From assembly GCA_947598395.1 (NCBI GenBank), contig CANQFG010000001.1, positions 17,894-81,893 of the forward strand: 64,000 nt of DNA, in the 5' to 3' direction. This document shows positions 30,526 through 40,234 of the stretch, piece by piece; the stretch's first letter is position 1; every line of letters begins with the position of its first letter. Origin of the DNA: an uncultured Bacilli bacterium (GTDB lineage Bacteria > Bacillota_I > Bacilli_A > RF39 > UBA660). The position numbers and the translations under genes were made by a program. The notes below the pieces were generated by a model. That model was not told the DNA's origin and searched no databases. It was given only the letters and a program-made list of their open reading frames with translations.

Positions 30526-31659
30526 TTAATTACTCTTTAATGTAACATCGACTTTCTTTTCCTTGCCATCGCGAATGAGCGTAACACTTACTTTATCACC
30601 GACGCGATAACGGAAGAGATAATATTTCAAATACATATAATCTTTGACTTTATAATCATTTATCTTCGTAATGACATCGCCCTTTTTAATTCCAGCTTTA
30701 TCGGCTGAACTACCACTGGATACGTCGACGACGACGGCACCTTCTTTAATATCTTTTGCAATACTGATGCCATTATAATCAGCCCCTTCGACGCTCGTCA
30801 TCGTAACACCTAGAACGGGACGCACAACTTTACCCGTCTCTTCGATTTGCGAGGCAACGGAGAGGGCATCTTCAATCGGAATGGCAAAGCCAATATTTTC
30901 GATCGATGTCTCCGAATAAGAACTAGATAATTTACTATTGGTAATGCCAATTACTTCGCCATTGCTATTGGCCAAAGGACCACCACTATTACCACTATTA
31001 ATGGAAGCATCGATTTGCAATAAATTCATATACCACGAATCCGATGAAGTCACTTGCCCGAAGATGTTTTTGCTCGAACCGCTCGACATCTCAACGAGGC
31101 GATCTTTACCACTTAAAATACCTCTCGTAACGGTAAAAGAATAGCTCAAACTAATCGGCGTTCCAATGGCGAAGACCGTATCACCCATGCGCACATCGGC
31201 ACTGGCACCAATCGAAGCTACTTCGATGATATCGTCCTTTGAAACCTCTAAGACGGCCACATCGGCATACTCATCACTGCCTAAAACCTTAGCTTCTACT
31301 TCATGTTCATTGGCAAATACGGCCATGATCTTTTTGGCATTTTCGACGACATGGTGATTGGTTAAAATATAGGCTTTATCCTTATCCGTCTTATAGACGA
31401 CGCCACTTCCCCATCCCGTTACTTCATCATTCTTTAAGATTTCGACGATGACAGTCGCATTATATAGCTTATCGACAGCATCGGCAATACCCTTATCCGT
31501 AACGGTTACTTCTTTTTCCGTCTTATTGACGACATTAGTCGTAAATAATTCATCAAATGGTACATAGTTCATGACGATATCAGCACCGACAGCTATCAAA
31601 AGAATTACGATTAGACATATTATTACGACGTTAATTTTTTTATTTTGTTTTTCATGCAT
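30526..31659 (-). CDS. htrA: HtrA/DegP family serine protease (trypsin-like plus PDZ)
   Basis: Catalytic triad context NHHVVENAKK ... GNSGGPLAN, a C-terminal PDZ domain and an N-terminal TM helix. Start at MHEKQ with RBS GAGGAGTG. Confidence 0.88.
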   Translation of the reverse strand: MHEKQNKKINVVIICLIVILLIAVGADIVMNYVPFDELFTTNVVNKTEKEVTVTDKGIADAVDKLYNATVIVEILKNDEVTGWGSGVVYKTDKDKAYILTNHHVVENAKKIMAVFANEHEVEAKVLGSDEYADVAVLEVSKDDIIEVASIGASADVRMGDTVFAIGTPISLSYSFTVTRGILSGKDRLVEMSSGSSKNIFGQVTSSDSWYMNLLQIDASINSGNSGGPLANSNGEVIGITNSKLSSSYSETSIENIGFAIPIEDALSVASQIEETGKVVRPVLGVTMTSVEGADYNGISIAKDIKEGAVVVDVSSGSSADKAGIKKGDVITKINDYKVKDYMYLKYYLFRYRVGDKVSVTLIRDGKEKKVDVTLKSN

Positions 31660-31672
31660 AATTATCACTCCT

Positions 31673-32608
31673 CTATAATTCATATTCTAATAAGGCTTTA
31701 TAATTGGTCGGAAATCCCATCCGATCGAGAACCATTTCAATAGGAATGGTCTTCAATATGCCACTTAAGGCATCAATTTCAAATGATACTTCATTCATAA
31801 ACATGCGAAAGTCATCATTGCTCAACATATAACGCAGAATGAGGACGACGGAGAATAAATCCCCTTTACCATATATATATTCACCATTGATTATGGGAAT
31901 GTTTAAAGCTTCATGAAAGCTATTGTTGGGAATAACTTTCTGCGTCCGATGCTCAAATAGTATATCCTCATGGGCACACAAATTGCGGTAATTGGATAAT
32001 ATTGGCAAAAAGGTAAGCAAGCTTTCCGGTTCCAGCTTATATTCTTGGGCAATTTCGCGCTGATCACTCGGCTTCATAATCGTATATAATTCACTGGTTA
32101 TGCCAAACGATAAAACTTTGACGACGACCCATAGGGGAATATAGCCATAATTATTGATATAGTGTTTTGTCGCTTCATGTTGAGCACCATTGACGCGTAT
32201 TTGCCGCTTCATCTTCTTGAGCAAATCGTTGACTTGGCGGGCCTTATCTGGAGATTGGTTATAATTGCTAGGACGAAGATAGTCTTTTTCCTTATAACCA
32301 TACTTTTGCGATAGCGTATAGGAGAAAATACTTTTAGCATTATTTTCGATGATCAAAATATTTTTAAAAATGATATTCCGCAGTTGCCGATCGAAGGAAA
32401 ATAAGGCATAGAGTTCACGAAAATTCGCATTTTGACGAAACACCTTTGGATTCTTAGGATCCATTAAGAGGTGGCGATACCCCATTAAGAAAAAGTAATT
32501 TTCGCGTAAGATAATGCTCTTGGCATAGATATCATCATCAATTACTAATCCCTTTTCTTTGAGAATCGTAATCTGTTCATCTAAAGTTTTGAATATCTTC
32601 ATACTCAT
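31673..32608 (-). CDS. Abi_2 family (AbiD/AbiF-like) abortive-infection protein
   Basis: 311 aa with the Abi_2-type helical N-terminus (YFFLMGYRHLL...NFREL) as I recall it. Its own promoter TGTGATAGAAT, RBS AGGTGAAAG, and a terminator directly upstream of the promoter. Confidence 0.65.
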   Translation of the reverse strand: MSMKIFKTLDEQITILKEKGLVIDDDIYAKSIILRENYFFLMGYRHLLMDPKNPKVFRQNANFRELYALFSFDRQLRNIIFKNILIIENNAKSIFSYTLSQKYGYKEKDYLRPSNYNQSPDKARQVNDLLKKMKRQIRVNGAQHEATKHYINNYGYIPLWVVVKVLSFGITSELYTIMKPSDQREIAQEYKLEPESLLTFLPILSNYRNLCAHEDILFEHRTQKVIPNNSFHEALNIPIINGEYIYGKGDLFSVVLILRYMLSNDDFRMFMNEVSFEIDALSGILKTIPIEMVLDRMGFPTNYKALLEYEL

Positions 32609-32690
32609 ATACTTTCACCTATTATTGATTCTATCACATCTCACATTAAAAATATATAACTTAATTGTGAATAAAATATGAAAAAAACGC

Positions 32691-33080
32691 CTAGGCAGCG
32701 TTTTGATTGGGAATTTTTTTTGTTAAGACGAGTGGCGATGACTTAGTATTATTTTCTAAAGATGGTTGATTAGTAACCTGTACTTGTCGTTGTTGTTCTT
32801 CATAAAGAGCGAGATTTTGGCGAACCGCTTCGACTAAATATTCGCGGTAACTGCTCAAAGTCTTGGAAATATTTAACAAACCCCGCAAGACGGCAATAAT
32901 ACCTTGTCGTTCCTCAAAGCTCACAGATTCGGGATGCTCTTGAGCAATATTATTGAGCAAATTTTCACATTTAAGGCATAATCGATCAAAGACGCGGGAA
33001 TTTTGAACGGTAACCAATTTGTCACAGACTAATTGAATATTGGATAATTCTCTTTGATAATTTTCCAAGCTCATAGGCAT
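32691..33080 (-). CDS. Hypothetical 129-aa helical protein
   Basis: Extended -10 promoter TGGTATAAT and RBS AGGAGAG, with a terminator hairpin AAACGCTGCCTAGGCGTTTTTTT downstream. Confidence 0.5.
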   Translation of the reverse strand: MPMSLENYQRELSNIQLVCDKLVTVQNSRVFDRLCLKCENLLNNIAQEHPESVSFEERQGIIAVLRGLLNISKTLSSYREYLVEAVRQNLALYEEQQRQVQVTNQPSLENNTKSSPLVLTKKIPNQNAA

Positions 33081-33110
33081 CTCTCCTATATTAAATTATA
33101 CCAACATATG

Positions 33111-33140
33111 TTTTTTTTAAATCAAAAAATGTGGCTATTG
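33111..33140 (-). terminator. Rho-independent terminator of the lipoprotein gene
   Basis: Minus strand ATGTGGTGTCAATAGCCACATTTTTTGAT. Confidence 0.6.
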
Positions 33141-33163
33141 ACACCACATATTGACAAATTGCT

Positions 33164-33610
33164 TTAATATGGCAATTCTTTAAGAATACTTTCGATCTCA
33201 CTGCGATATGATAATGGAGCTTCGACGTAGATATAGGTATTGTCGATCCACGAGACATAATAGTACTTATCCTCGGTCGTGCCCTCGAGGAATGTCCAAT
33301 TGTCTCCACCTAAGGTTCGCGGTTTATTATCTTCGCCTAATGCAGTATAGACATTCGTACACTCATCGACAAAAAGCCCTTCGACATCGTATTTGCGATT
33401 TCCTTCGATATAGGTAAAATTATAATTATCATCGACAATTTTATAAGCTGATTTTGCATAATCAAGACTCTCCGTATAGTCATATAATTGATAATTTAAA
33501 TTGCTCATCTTCGCGACAAATTCATCGCCACTTAATGCTTCTTTCGTCTTGCCACAGCCCGAAACCATGATGGTAAGAATTAAGATTAAAAATACTTTTA
33601 GCTTTTTCAT
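33164..33610 (-). CDS. Lipoprotein of unknown function
   Basis: Signal peptide with lipobox LTIMVSGC. Confidence 0.65.
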   Translation of the reverse strand: MKKLKVFLILILTIMVSGCGKTKEALSGDEFVAKMSNLNYQLYDYTESLDYAKSAYKIVDDNYNFTYIEGNRKYDVEGLFVDECTNVYTALGEDNKPRTLGGDNWTFLEGTTEDKYYYVSWIDNTYIYVEAPLSYRSEIESILKELPY

Positions 33611-33619
33611 AAACCCTCC

Positions 33620-34453
33620 CTAAAATCGCTTGCGATTGACGACATCATATGTATCCGTAATCGCGATAAAGGCCTTATCATCGATTAATTTTATGCCTTC
33701 TTTTAAGCGATAATAATCACTTGTCGATATAACGGTCAACAAAATATGACTTTTCTTTTTAGAAAAACCGCCTTTGCTATCCAAGACCGTCAACTCATAT
33801 TTTAAATCGTGAATGATATAATCCCGAACTTCCTTTTCCTTAGATGTAATGATATAAAACATCTTTGAATCGCTGATGCCAAAGCGGGCCTTAGTTATCA
33901 TGTATTTGCTAATGACGATGATGATCGCCGAATAGAGCATATTCGATGGTCCAAGGATGACAAACGCTAGGGCCAAGATGACAATATCGATAATCCACGA
34001 ATATATCTTACTATGAAAATGCAAGCGTTTGCCAATCAATTCTTCGAGTAAAAAGATCGTTCCACCCGAGAATCCTTGTTTATATATGAGGCTATAGCCA
34101 TACCCACCAATGGCTCCGGCAATAATGGCAACCATAATCTTTTCTTCCAAGGCAATATGGATATATTGGGCCATATCGGCCGTTAAAAAGATAAATAATG
34201 GAATTAATATAGCTGGCAATAAATAGGTTTTAATTGTCTCGCGATTCAAGACTAAACTAGCTAAAATGATGATGATCATATTGATTAAGAAGATATTGAT
34301 AGCTGGTGGAACATTGTTAACATAATAGATTAAAATTGATAGACCATTTATGCCAAAACTTAAAAATTCATTAGGTATAATTAACAAATTGGTCCCAATG
34401 GCAATTAATAGACAGGAAATAATTAAGATACCATAACGAATAATACTTTTCAT
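33620..34453 (-). CDS. yitT: YitT family membrane protein (DUF161/DUF2179)
   Basis: Multi-TM N-terminal domain plus the C-terminal DUF2179 domain VLDSKGGFSKKKSHILLTVISTSDYYRLKEGI. Confidence 0.75.
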   Translation of the reverse strand: MKSIIRYGILIISCLLIAIGTNLLIIPNEFLSFGINGLSILIYYVNNVPPAINIFLINMIIIILASLVLNRETIKTYLLPAILIPLFIFLTADMAQYIHIALEEKIMVAIIAGAIGGYGYSLIYKQGFSGGTIFLLEELIGKRLHFHSKIYSWIIDIVILALAFVILGPSNMLYSAIIIVISKYMITKARFGISDSKMFYIITSKEKEVRDYIIHDLKYELTVLDSKGGFSKKKSHILLTVISTSDYYRLKEGIKLIDDKAFIAITDTYDVVNRKRF

Positions 34454-34454
34454 T

Positions 34455-35550
34455 CTAATTCTTCTTTCTTAAATAGGCTTCGATAAAGCCATCGAGATCA
34501 CCATCTAAGACTTTATCAGGGGCATTCGTCTCATAATTAGTTCGCAAATCCTTGACTAAACTATATGGTTCCAAGACATAATTGCGGATTTGACTGCCAA
34601 AATCGATGGCAGCACTGCCCTTCAAGTTACTTATTTGTCGATTTCGTTCATTTAATTCACGTTGATATAGTTTACTCTTTAAGACATTGAGGGCGATTTC
34701 CTTATTTTTGATTTGACTGCGTTCATTTTGACAAGTGACAACGATCCCCGTAGGAATATGGGTAATGCGCACGGCCGAATCCGTCGTATTGACGCCTTGC
34801 CCGCCATTGCCACTGCTGCGATAGACATCGACGCGCAGATCTTCATCGCGAATGACGATATCTTTAACTTCAGAAAACTCGGGAATGACATTGACAGCAG
34901 CAAAAGAGGTATGGCGCCGGGCATTGGCATCAAAGGGCGAAATGCGAACTAACCGATGAACGCCAATTTCGCCTTTTAAATAGCCATAGGCATAAGGGTG
35001 CACGACATGAATCAAGACGCTTTTGATGCCCGCTTCTTCGCCGAGGAGTTTATCGATAATCGTATATTTCATATCGTGTTTATCGAAATACATCGTATAC
35101 ATGCGCAAGAGCATATTGGCCCAATCGCAAGCTTCCGTTCCCCCGGCCCCCGGGTGTATTTCCAAATAGCAATTGGCTTGATCATATTCGCCATCTAACA
35201 AAGTTTTGAGTTCTAAAGCTTCGAGGTCCGAAGTGATCGCTTGAAGACTCAAAGCGATGTGCTCTTTGATCTCATCATCACTTTCCAGTTTTAACAATTC
35301 GATAATTTCTAACGATTCGGTTATCTTTTCCGCCAATTCATGATAATCAGCCGTTTCTTTGCGCAAGGTAATCAATTCGTTATTGAGCTTATTAGCATAT
35401 TCTTGATCTTGCCATATGCCCTCTTGATTTAATTGCCTTTCCAATTCGGCAATCTTTTTTTCGATAACGGCAACGTCAAAGTAACCTCCCGATCGTCTGA
35501 AGACGCTCATTCAAATTTTGATATTTTTGCTCTAAATCACTTAGTTCCAT
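34455..35550 (-). CDS. prfB: Peptide chain release factor 2, expressed through a programmed +1 ribosomal frameshift at CTT TGA C (TGA at 35478..35476)
   Basis: RBS AGGTGATGG then ATG at 35550. The 0-frame reads MELSDLEQKYQNLNERLQTIGRLL then TGA, preceded by an internal SD GGGAGG. The +1 frame continues DVAVIEKK... through the GGQ motif (SGGAGGQ region) to the stop at 34455. Confidence 0.93.
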
Positions 35551-35611
35551 ACCATCACCTTTAGCATTATTCTACCATGGAAATTTTTTTTAGTAAATTA
35601 AAAGACAAAGA

Positions 35612-36529
35612 TTAACCATGACGGCCACCGCCACTGCTATGGCCACCGCCAGATGAACCCGAATGCGAGGAACCAGTCCCCGATCCACTGGAACTCGAAG
35701 CTTGCAAATGCGATACGGTATGCGTCGAAAATAACGTCACCAACCGCTTGGAGATATTTACCGTATCTTCATTGCGATAAACACTCGCTTGCGTGGCAGG
35801 CCGAACCAACTTATGATTGCCAATCATCACCATCAATGAAACGCCACTAATGACGCAGCCGACGAGAACGGCAATCAAAAATGGAGGCTCATATTTGCGA
35901 ACTAAAAAACCCATGTCATTTAAGTAATAATCATCCATTGTCTTAGGAACGCCTTGTAAGTAATAATCTAGGTAATCGGCAATAAATTTCTTGATGCCAT
36001 CACCATAAACCTTACTCGTAAAATAGGGATAAATATCATCTAACGCCCGATCAGCTCTTGTTGCATCATAATACAATTGGGCTTCACCAAACATGTAGAC
36101 GTTGTAATAGGGATCTTCCTCATAAGTATTGCGCAAAAGGAGAACGCCGCTATAATATTGATCGTCTAAACCAAAGTCATTATAGTCATAAAAATCAGCA
36201 GCATAATCCTCATTTTCCGAATCATCGCTATATGGCAAATTAACCGCTACCAAGACGAATTCCATGCCCGTCACATTCTTGAAATTCATAATTTCATCAT
36301 AGACACTTTTTTCCTCTTTATCATTTAAGATATTGGCAAAATCATATATTTTTTCGGAAGCATTGACTAGTGGCGTATTTAAGACGGCATCGCGATTCTT
36401 ATCATTGATTACCCACTTTTTATTGACGCCATAATTATTTTCCGCCGTCCGTTCAAAGACCAAGGTACTAGCTTCGACATGAAGGCTAAAGAAGCTAAAA
36501 ATTATAATTCCCAAAATAAACTTTTTCAT
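35612..36529 (-). CDS. TPM-domain (YgcG/TLP18.3-like) membrane protein with a Gly/Ser-rich C-terminal tail
   Basis: Signal peptide, a TPM-like domain, one TM helix and a C-terminal SSSSGSGTGSSHSGSSGGGHSSGGGRHG. Coupled by TAATG overlap to the upstream Zn-ribbon gene. Confidence 0.6.
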   Translation of the reverse strand: MKKFILGIIIFSFFSLHVEASTLVFERTAENNYGVNKKWVINDKNRDAVLNTPLVNASEKIYDFANILNDKEEKSVYDEIMNFKNVTGMEFVLVAVNLPYSDDSENEDYAADFYDYNDFGLDDQYYSGVLLLRNTYEEDPYYNVYMFGEAQLYYDATRADRALDDIYPYFTSKVYGDGIKKFIADYLDYYLQGVPKTMDDYYLNDMGFLVRKYEPPFLIAVLVGCVISGVSLMVMIGNHKLVRPATQASVYRNEDTVNISKRLVTLFSTHTVSHLQASSSSGSGTGSSHSGSSGGGHSSGGGRHG

Positions 36530-37599
36530 TATCCAACTCCTAAAAGATACAAGGCATAGGATATACCGATAGTTAAAGCAAATCCGAAAACAAAGAGCAA
36601 GATGGCATAGAGGATAGCTTTACCCTTATCAAAAGGAATATCGCCGACGAATTCGCCCGTTTGACCATTCATGGCAAAGAGATACATCTTATCCCGATAT
36701 TTGACATTGACCATCCATATGGGCAAGAGAACATATTGATGGGCATTTTTCAGTACTTGTAAAGCATTATTGGCAATCGTCTTATTTTGGTAAGCTCCCA
36801 TATCAGCATAGAGATAATCGATGGTACTATTCATGGCACGTTTCGTCGCATTTTCCAAAGTAATCGCGGCATCGACATCGTATTTTAAAGCATAATAGCC
36901 CGCCAAATAGGCATAATTATAGGGAACTAATTCGGCAAAATTAAATGGTTCAAGGCTATTCATCACTTCATCATCAAAGCGCTTAGAGCCATCCATGGGA
37001 ATCCGCTCATAAGTCATCGCCGCCTCATAATCAAATTTATAAATATCCGTTTTCGTATAAATATATTCGCCACTACTCCACGTCGTTATTAGAGTACCCA
37101 TTGTCGTTAAACTTCCACCGATTTGGATATCGTGAAGCCAAAAGGGAATATAGATACCCGTAATCTTAGCAATATTTTGCGCATTATTGAAGCTTTTGGG
37201 CATTAATGGTCGACCCTTAGATAATTTTTTTAATGCTCTTTGGGCATTTTCCTTAGGTATTTTAAAGGGAATAATATACGAAGGGGCAAATTGATTAGAT
37301 AGGCGATTTTGAAGAATTGAGGCATTGCCACAATAGGGACAAAAAGTAGCAGCCGTATTTTCATCGGCAATAATCTCAGCACCACAATTGGAACAATGGT
37401 AATTAATATAATTATCGAAATTATCTTGCACATTAGTATCGGCAATACTGCTGACATTTTTATGCTTTTGCAATTCTTCTAAAGTAAATTCGTTATCACA
37501 ATATTCACATTTCCATTTACTGAGTTGAGCATTATAAAAAATGGGAGCACCACAACAAGGACATTGACTATCTAATACTTTATTTGCCATATCTGTCAC
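36529..37599 (-). CDS. Double zinc-ribbon protein with a C-terminal TM helix
   Basis: CPCCG...CEYC and CSNCG...CPYCG motifs and a C-terminal hydrophobic helix. Confidence 0.55.
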   Translation of the reverse strand: MTDMANKVLDSQCPCCGAPIFYNAQLSKWKCEYCDNEFTLEELQKHKNVSSIADTNVQDNFDNYINYHCSNCGAEIIADENTAATFCPYCGNASILQNRLSNQFAPSYIIPFKIPKENAQRALKKLSKGRPLMPKSFNNAQNIAKITGIYIPFWLHDIQIGGSLTTMGTLITTWSSGEYIYTKTDIYKFDYEAAMTYERIPMDGSKRFDDEVMNSLEPFNFAELVPYNYAYLAGYYALKYDVDAAITLENATKRAMNSTIDYLYADMGAYQNKTIANNALQVLKNAHQYVLLPIWMVNVKYRDKMYLFAMNGQTGEFVGDIPFDKGKAILYAILLFVFGFALTIGISYALYLLGVG

Positions 37600-37700
37600 C
37601 TACTATAAAAAGTATAACAAAAAAAAGCGGCTTTTGCACCACCTTTATAATATAGTTTTTTTATTGATAATTAGTAAAATATTGTTATATATTAATATAT

Positions 37701-38084
37701 TTATTCTTTAATATTATCGAGATCTCCCTTTAAAGTAATAACTCCCCAACCCTCTAATTCATCGCGAAAGGGCTCATAGATATCATTTAACAAGTAGACC
37801 TTTTTTCCATAATAATAGCCAAAGGCAATCTCGGCAAAAGTATTAGGTCCAATATAATTTTGAATTCCCATTCGTTCTTCATTGACGATGAGAACGACTT
37901 CATTTAGACCATTGATTATCCGATCCAAATGGGCCTTTGAAGCTATCTCTTTACTTTTTCCTTCGAGACATTCGATGGGCAAGAGCACTTTATAGCCCCG
38001 ATCTTCCAATTCATCTTTGACTTTTAAAATCTTATCTTTAACTTTCATGCTTCCACATAAGACGATATTTACCACAAAAATCAC
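37701..38084 (-). CDS. Nucleoside 2-deoxyribosyltransferase-like (SLOG/Rossmannoid) small protein
   Basis: IVLCGS N-terminal motif and GPNTFAEIAFGYYYGKKVYLL, which resembles the DSGTAFELGYAYALGKPV catalytic-Glu block of NDT-family proteins. Confidence 0.5.
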   Translation of the reverse strand: MIFVVNIVLCGSMKVKDKILKVKDELEDRGYKVLLPIECLEGKSKEIASKAHLDRIINGLNEVVLIVNEERMGIQNYIGPNTFAEIAFGYYYGKKVYLLNDIYEPFRDELEGWGVITLKGDLDNIKE

Positions 38085-38197
38085 ACTTCTTTAATCGCTA
38101 TCATAATTAAATAGTTTGGTTACAAGTTACTATCTTAACACCAATCATTAATGGTTGCAATAATGAGTGCATCAAAGAAATGATTTTTATTTTTTAT

Positions 38198-39229
38198 CTA
38201 CTTTCTTCCACCTAATATTAACCTATTTGCCAAGCTATTCTTCTTAATAATTTGGATGAGCAAAAGGGATATGCCAATAATCAAAATGGTTATCAATATA
38301 CAAATTAAGTAATTTATGTTCTTTAGATCGTGACAAATATACGGAATAGCTAATTCCATAAAGAAACTTTGAATAATATAGATGCCAAGGGTATTTTGAC
38401 CTAGATAACTTAAAGCTTTTAAAATTTTAGAGTGTAGTTTCCCCATAACAGCCTTTACTAAGGACAAAGTAAGCAAAGAACCGACAAGCCCCATAATGAT
38501 GCGATAAAGGCCAATCGCTAATTGATAAAAATTAATAGCTATCTTTTGCGAGTTAATATTAATAATGGAAAAACCATTGCCATAAATATAGGCATCGCGA
38601 TTGTAAAATAATATTAAAATGTTAAAAAGTATGAGGCTTAGCAGTAATACTTGACCCCCCCCCAGTTGTAGTTTTTCAAGTAGACATAACTTGTTAATAA
38701 TATAGCCGATGAAAAAATAAATATAGATAAATTTGATATTATTAAGTCCGGCAAAATCAGGGAGAATAAAGATGAATAAAAATCCAAAAAGATAGATAAA
38801 TTTATTATCATTAAACTTTTTATTGACGATGCTAATTATGATACTGGAGAATAAAATAGCCCACAAGAACCAAAGAAAACTTAGAAAACTTTTAACCAAA
38901 GAGATATCGACATGAAGGATAAACTTACTTATAAGGAAATAGATAAGAGATGAAGTAAATATTGGTATAAATAATGTCGTAATTTTATTCTTAATCAATT
39001 CTTTTAAGTCATATTTTTTTAAAGAATAATAGAAAAGATAACCACTGATCAGAGCAAATAATGGCATATGAAAACTATAGATAATCTTAAATAGGGGATT
39101 ATCAAAATATATTTCATTAGTAAAATAATAATAACCACTACCATATTGAATACTATGTCCAAATACGACTAAGATTATCGTTAATCCTTTTAATATATCT
39201 AATACGCGATTTCTCTTTAATTCTTGCAT
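38198..39229 (-). CDS. Acyltransferase family 3 (OafA/Oac-like membrane O-acyltransferase) with an in-frame G9 tract
   Basis: N-terminus VLDILKGLTIILVVFGHS and about 10 TM helices. The G9 tract (plus-strand C9, 38655..38663) encodes LQLGGGQV. Confidence 0.8.
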   Translation of the reverse strand: MQELKRNRVLDILKGLTIILVVFGHSIQYGSGYYYFTNEIYFDNPLFKIIYSFHMPLFALISGYLFYYSLKKYDLKELIKNKITTLFIPIFTSSLIYFLISKFILHVDISLVKSFLSFLWFLWAILFSSIIISIVNKKFNDNKFIYLFGFLFIFILPDFAGLNNIKFIYIYFFIGYIINKLCLLEKLQLGGGQVLLLSLILFNILILFYNRDAYIYGNGFSIININSQKIAINFYQLAIGLYRIIMGLVGSLLTLSLVKAVMGKLHSKILKALSYLGQNTLGIYIIQSFFMELAIPYICHDLKNINYLICILITILIIGISLLLIQIIKKNSLANRLILGGRK

Positions 39230-39291
39230 ATTGTACTCCTTATCATTCCATGATTATGCATTTTTTAAACCTAATTATATTATATAATGTT

Positions 39292-40176
39292 TTATGAACC
39301 AATCAACTTATTTTCATTAACTTGGTTTTGCAATAATTCCAATTCTTTAAGACTTTTATTATCTTTTAAGGCATCTATTTGTCTTCTTGCGGAATTATTT
39401 AATCTAATAAGTCTTTCTCTTTGTGGAACTTTTTCCTCAATTAATTCGGCATTTGTATTTTCTAAATTATTTAATATTACTAAATGAAGCAAATCAGTAT
39501 AATCTCTTATATTGCCCTTTTCAGCTAGTTCGGGATTTCTTTCACGCCACTCTTTTGAAGTCATTCCAAATAACGCGACATTTAATACTTCGGCTTCTTC
39601 GGCATACACGAATTGTTTTTGCTTTTCAGTTAAAGTTGGAACTATGCATTTCTTTACTGCATCGGTATGAACAATATAATTAACTTTCGATAGAAGTCTA
39701 GTGGCACTCCACTCAACTTTATATTGATAAGCTTCGTTCGTTTTTAATCTTTCAAATTCCGTTATTAAATATAATTTAAATTCGGGTGATAACCAACTAG
39801 CAAATTCAAAAGCTATATCTGGATGGGCAAATGTACCTTTACTATATTTTCCACTACTTGGAATTATACCAATAGCATTAAAATTTTTCTTCCATCTATT
39901 CGGAGTCATAGTAAATCTATTGTATGGAACTTCTTCAGCTTTAATTCTGTGGGATTCCACGGAATTAAAATTTTCATTATTGATTTCTTCCCATAGACTA
40001 TAATAATCAAAAGAATTCTTATTAGACATCCAATTTCTAATTACTCCAGACGGATCTTCAGAATTTGTATATTTTGCTAAATCGGTCAAAGAAATATAAT
40101 TAACATTTCCTACCCGCATTATTCCAATTTTGTTTTCTTTTACAATAATTTCAGTTGTCACTATATTTGTTTTCAT
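39292..40176 (-). CDS. KilA-N domain-containing protein
   Basis: YISLTDLAKY...IRNWMSNKNSFDYYSLWEEINNENF...GTFAHPDIAFEFASWLSPEFKLYLITEFERLK is the typical KilA-N family block. The start (MKTNIV, RBS GGGGGA) is uncertain and the track ORF extends to 40233. Confidence 0.75.
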   Translation of the reverse strand: MKTNIVTTEIIVKENKIGIMRVGNVNYISLTDLAKYTNSEDPSGVIRNWMSNKNSFDYYSLWEEINNENFNSVESHRIKAEEVPYNRFTMTPNRWKKNFNAIGIIPSSGKYSKGTFAHPDIAFEFASWLSPEFKLYLITEFERLKTNEAYQYKVEWSATRLLSKVNYIVHTDAVKKCIVPTLTEKQKQFVYAEEAEVLNVALFGMTSKEWRERNPELAEKGNIRDYTDLLHLVILNNLENTNAELIEEKVPQRERLIRLNNSARRQIDALKDNKSLKELELLQNQVNENKLIGS

Positions 40177-40234
40177 TTTATTTTCCCCCATTTCCATTTC
40201 CATTACTTTTTTATCGTATTTCCCAATGTACAAC

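Noticed and set aside
33091-33309. 72-aa minus-strand ORF overlapping the 3' end of the lipoprotein gene
   Set aside because: It overlaps a better-supported gene in another frame. The sequence it covers is explained by the lipoprotein gene plus its terminator.
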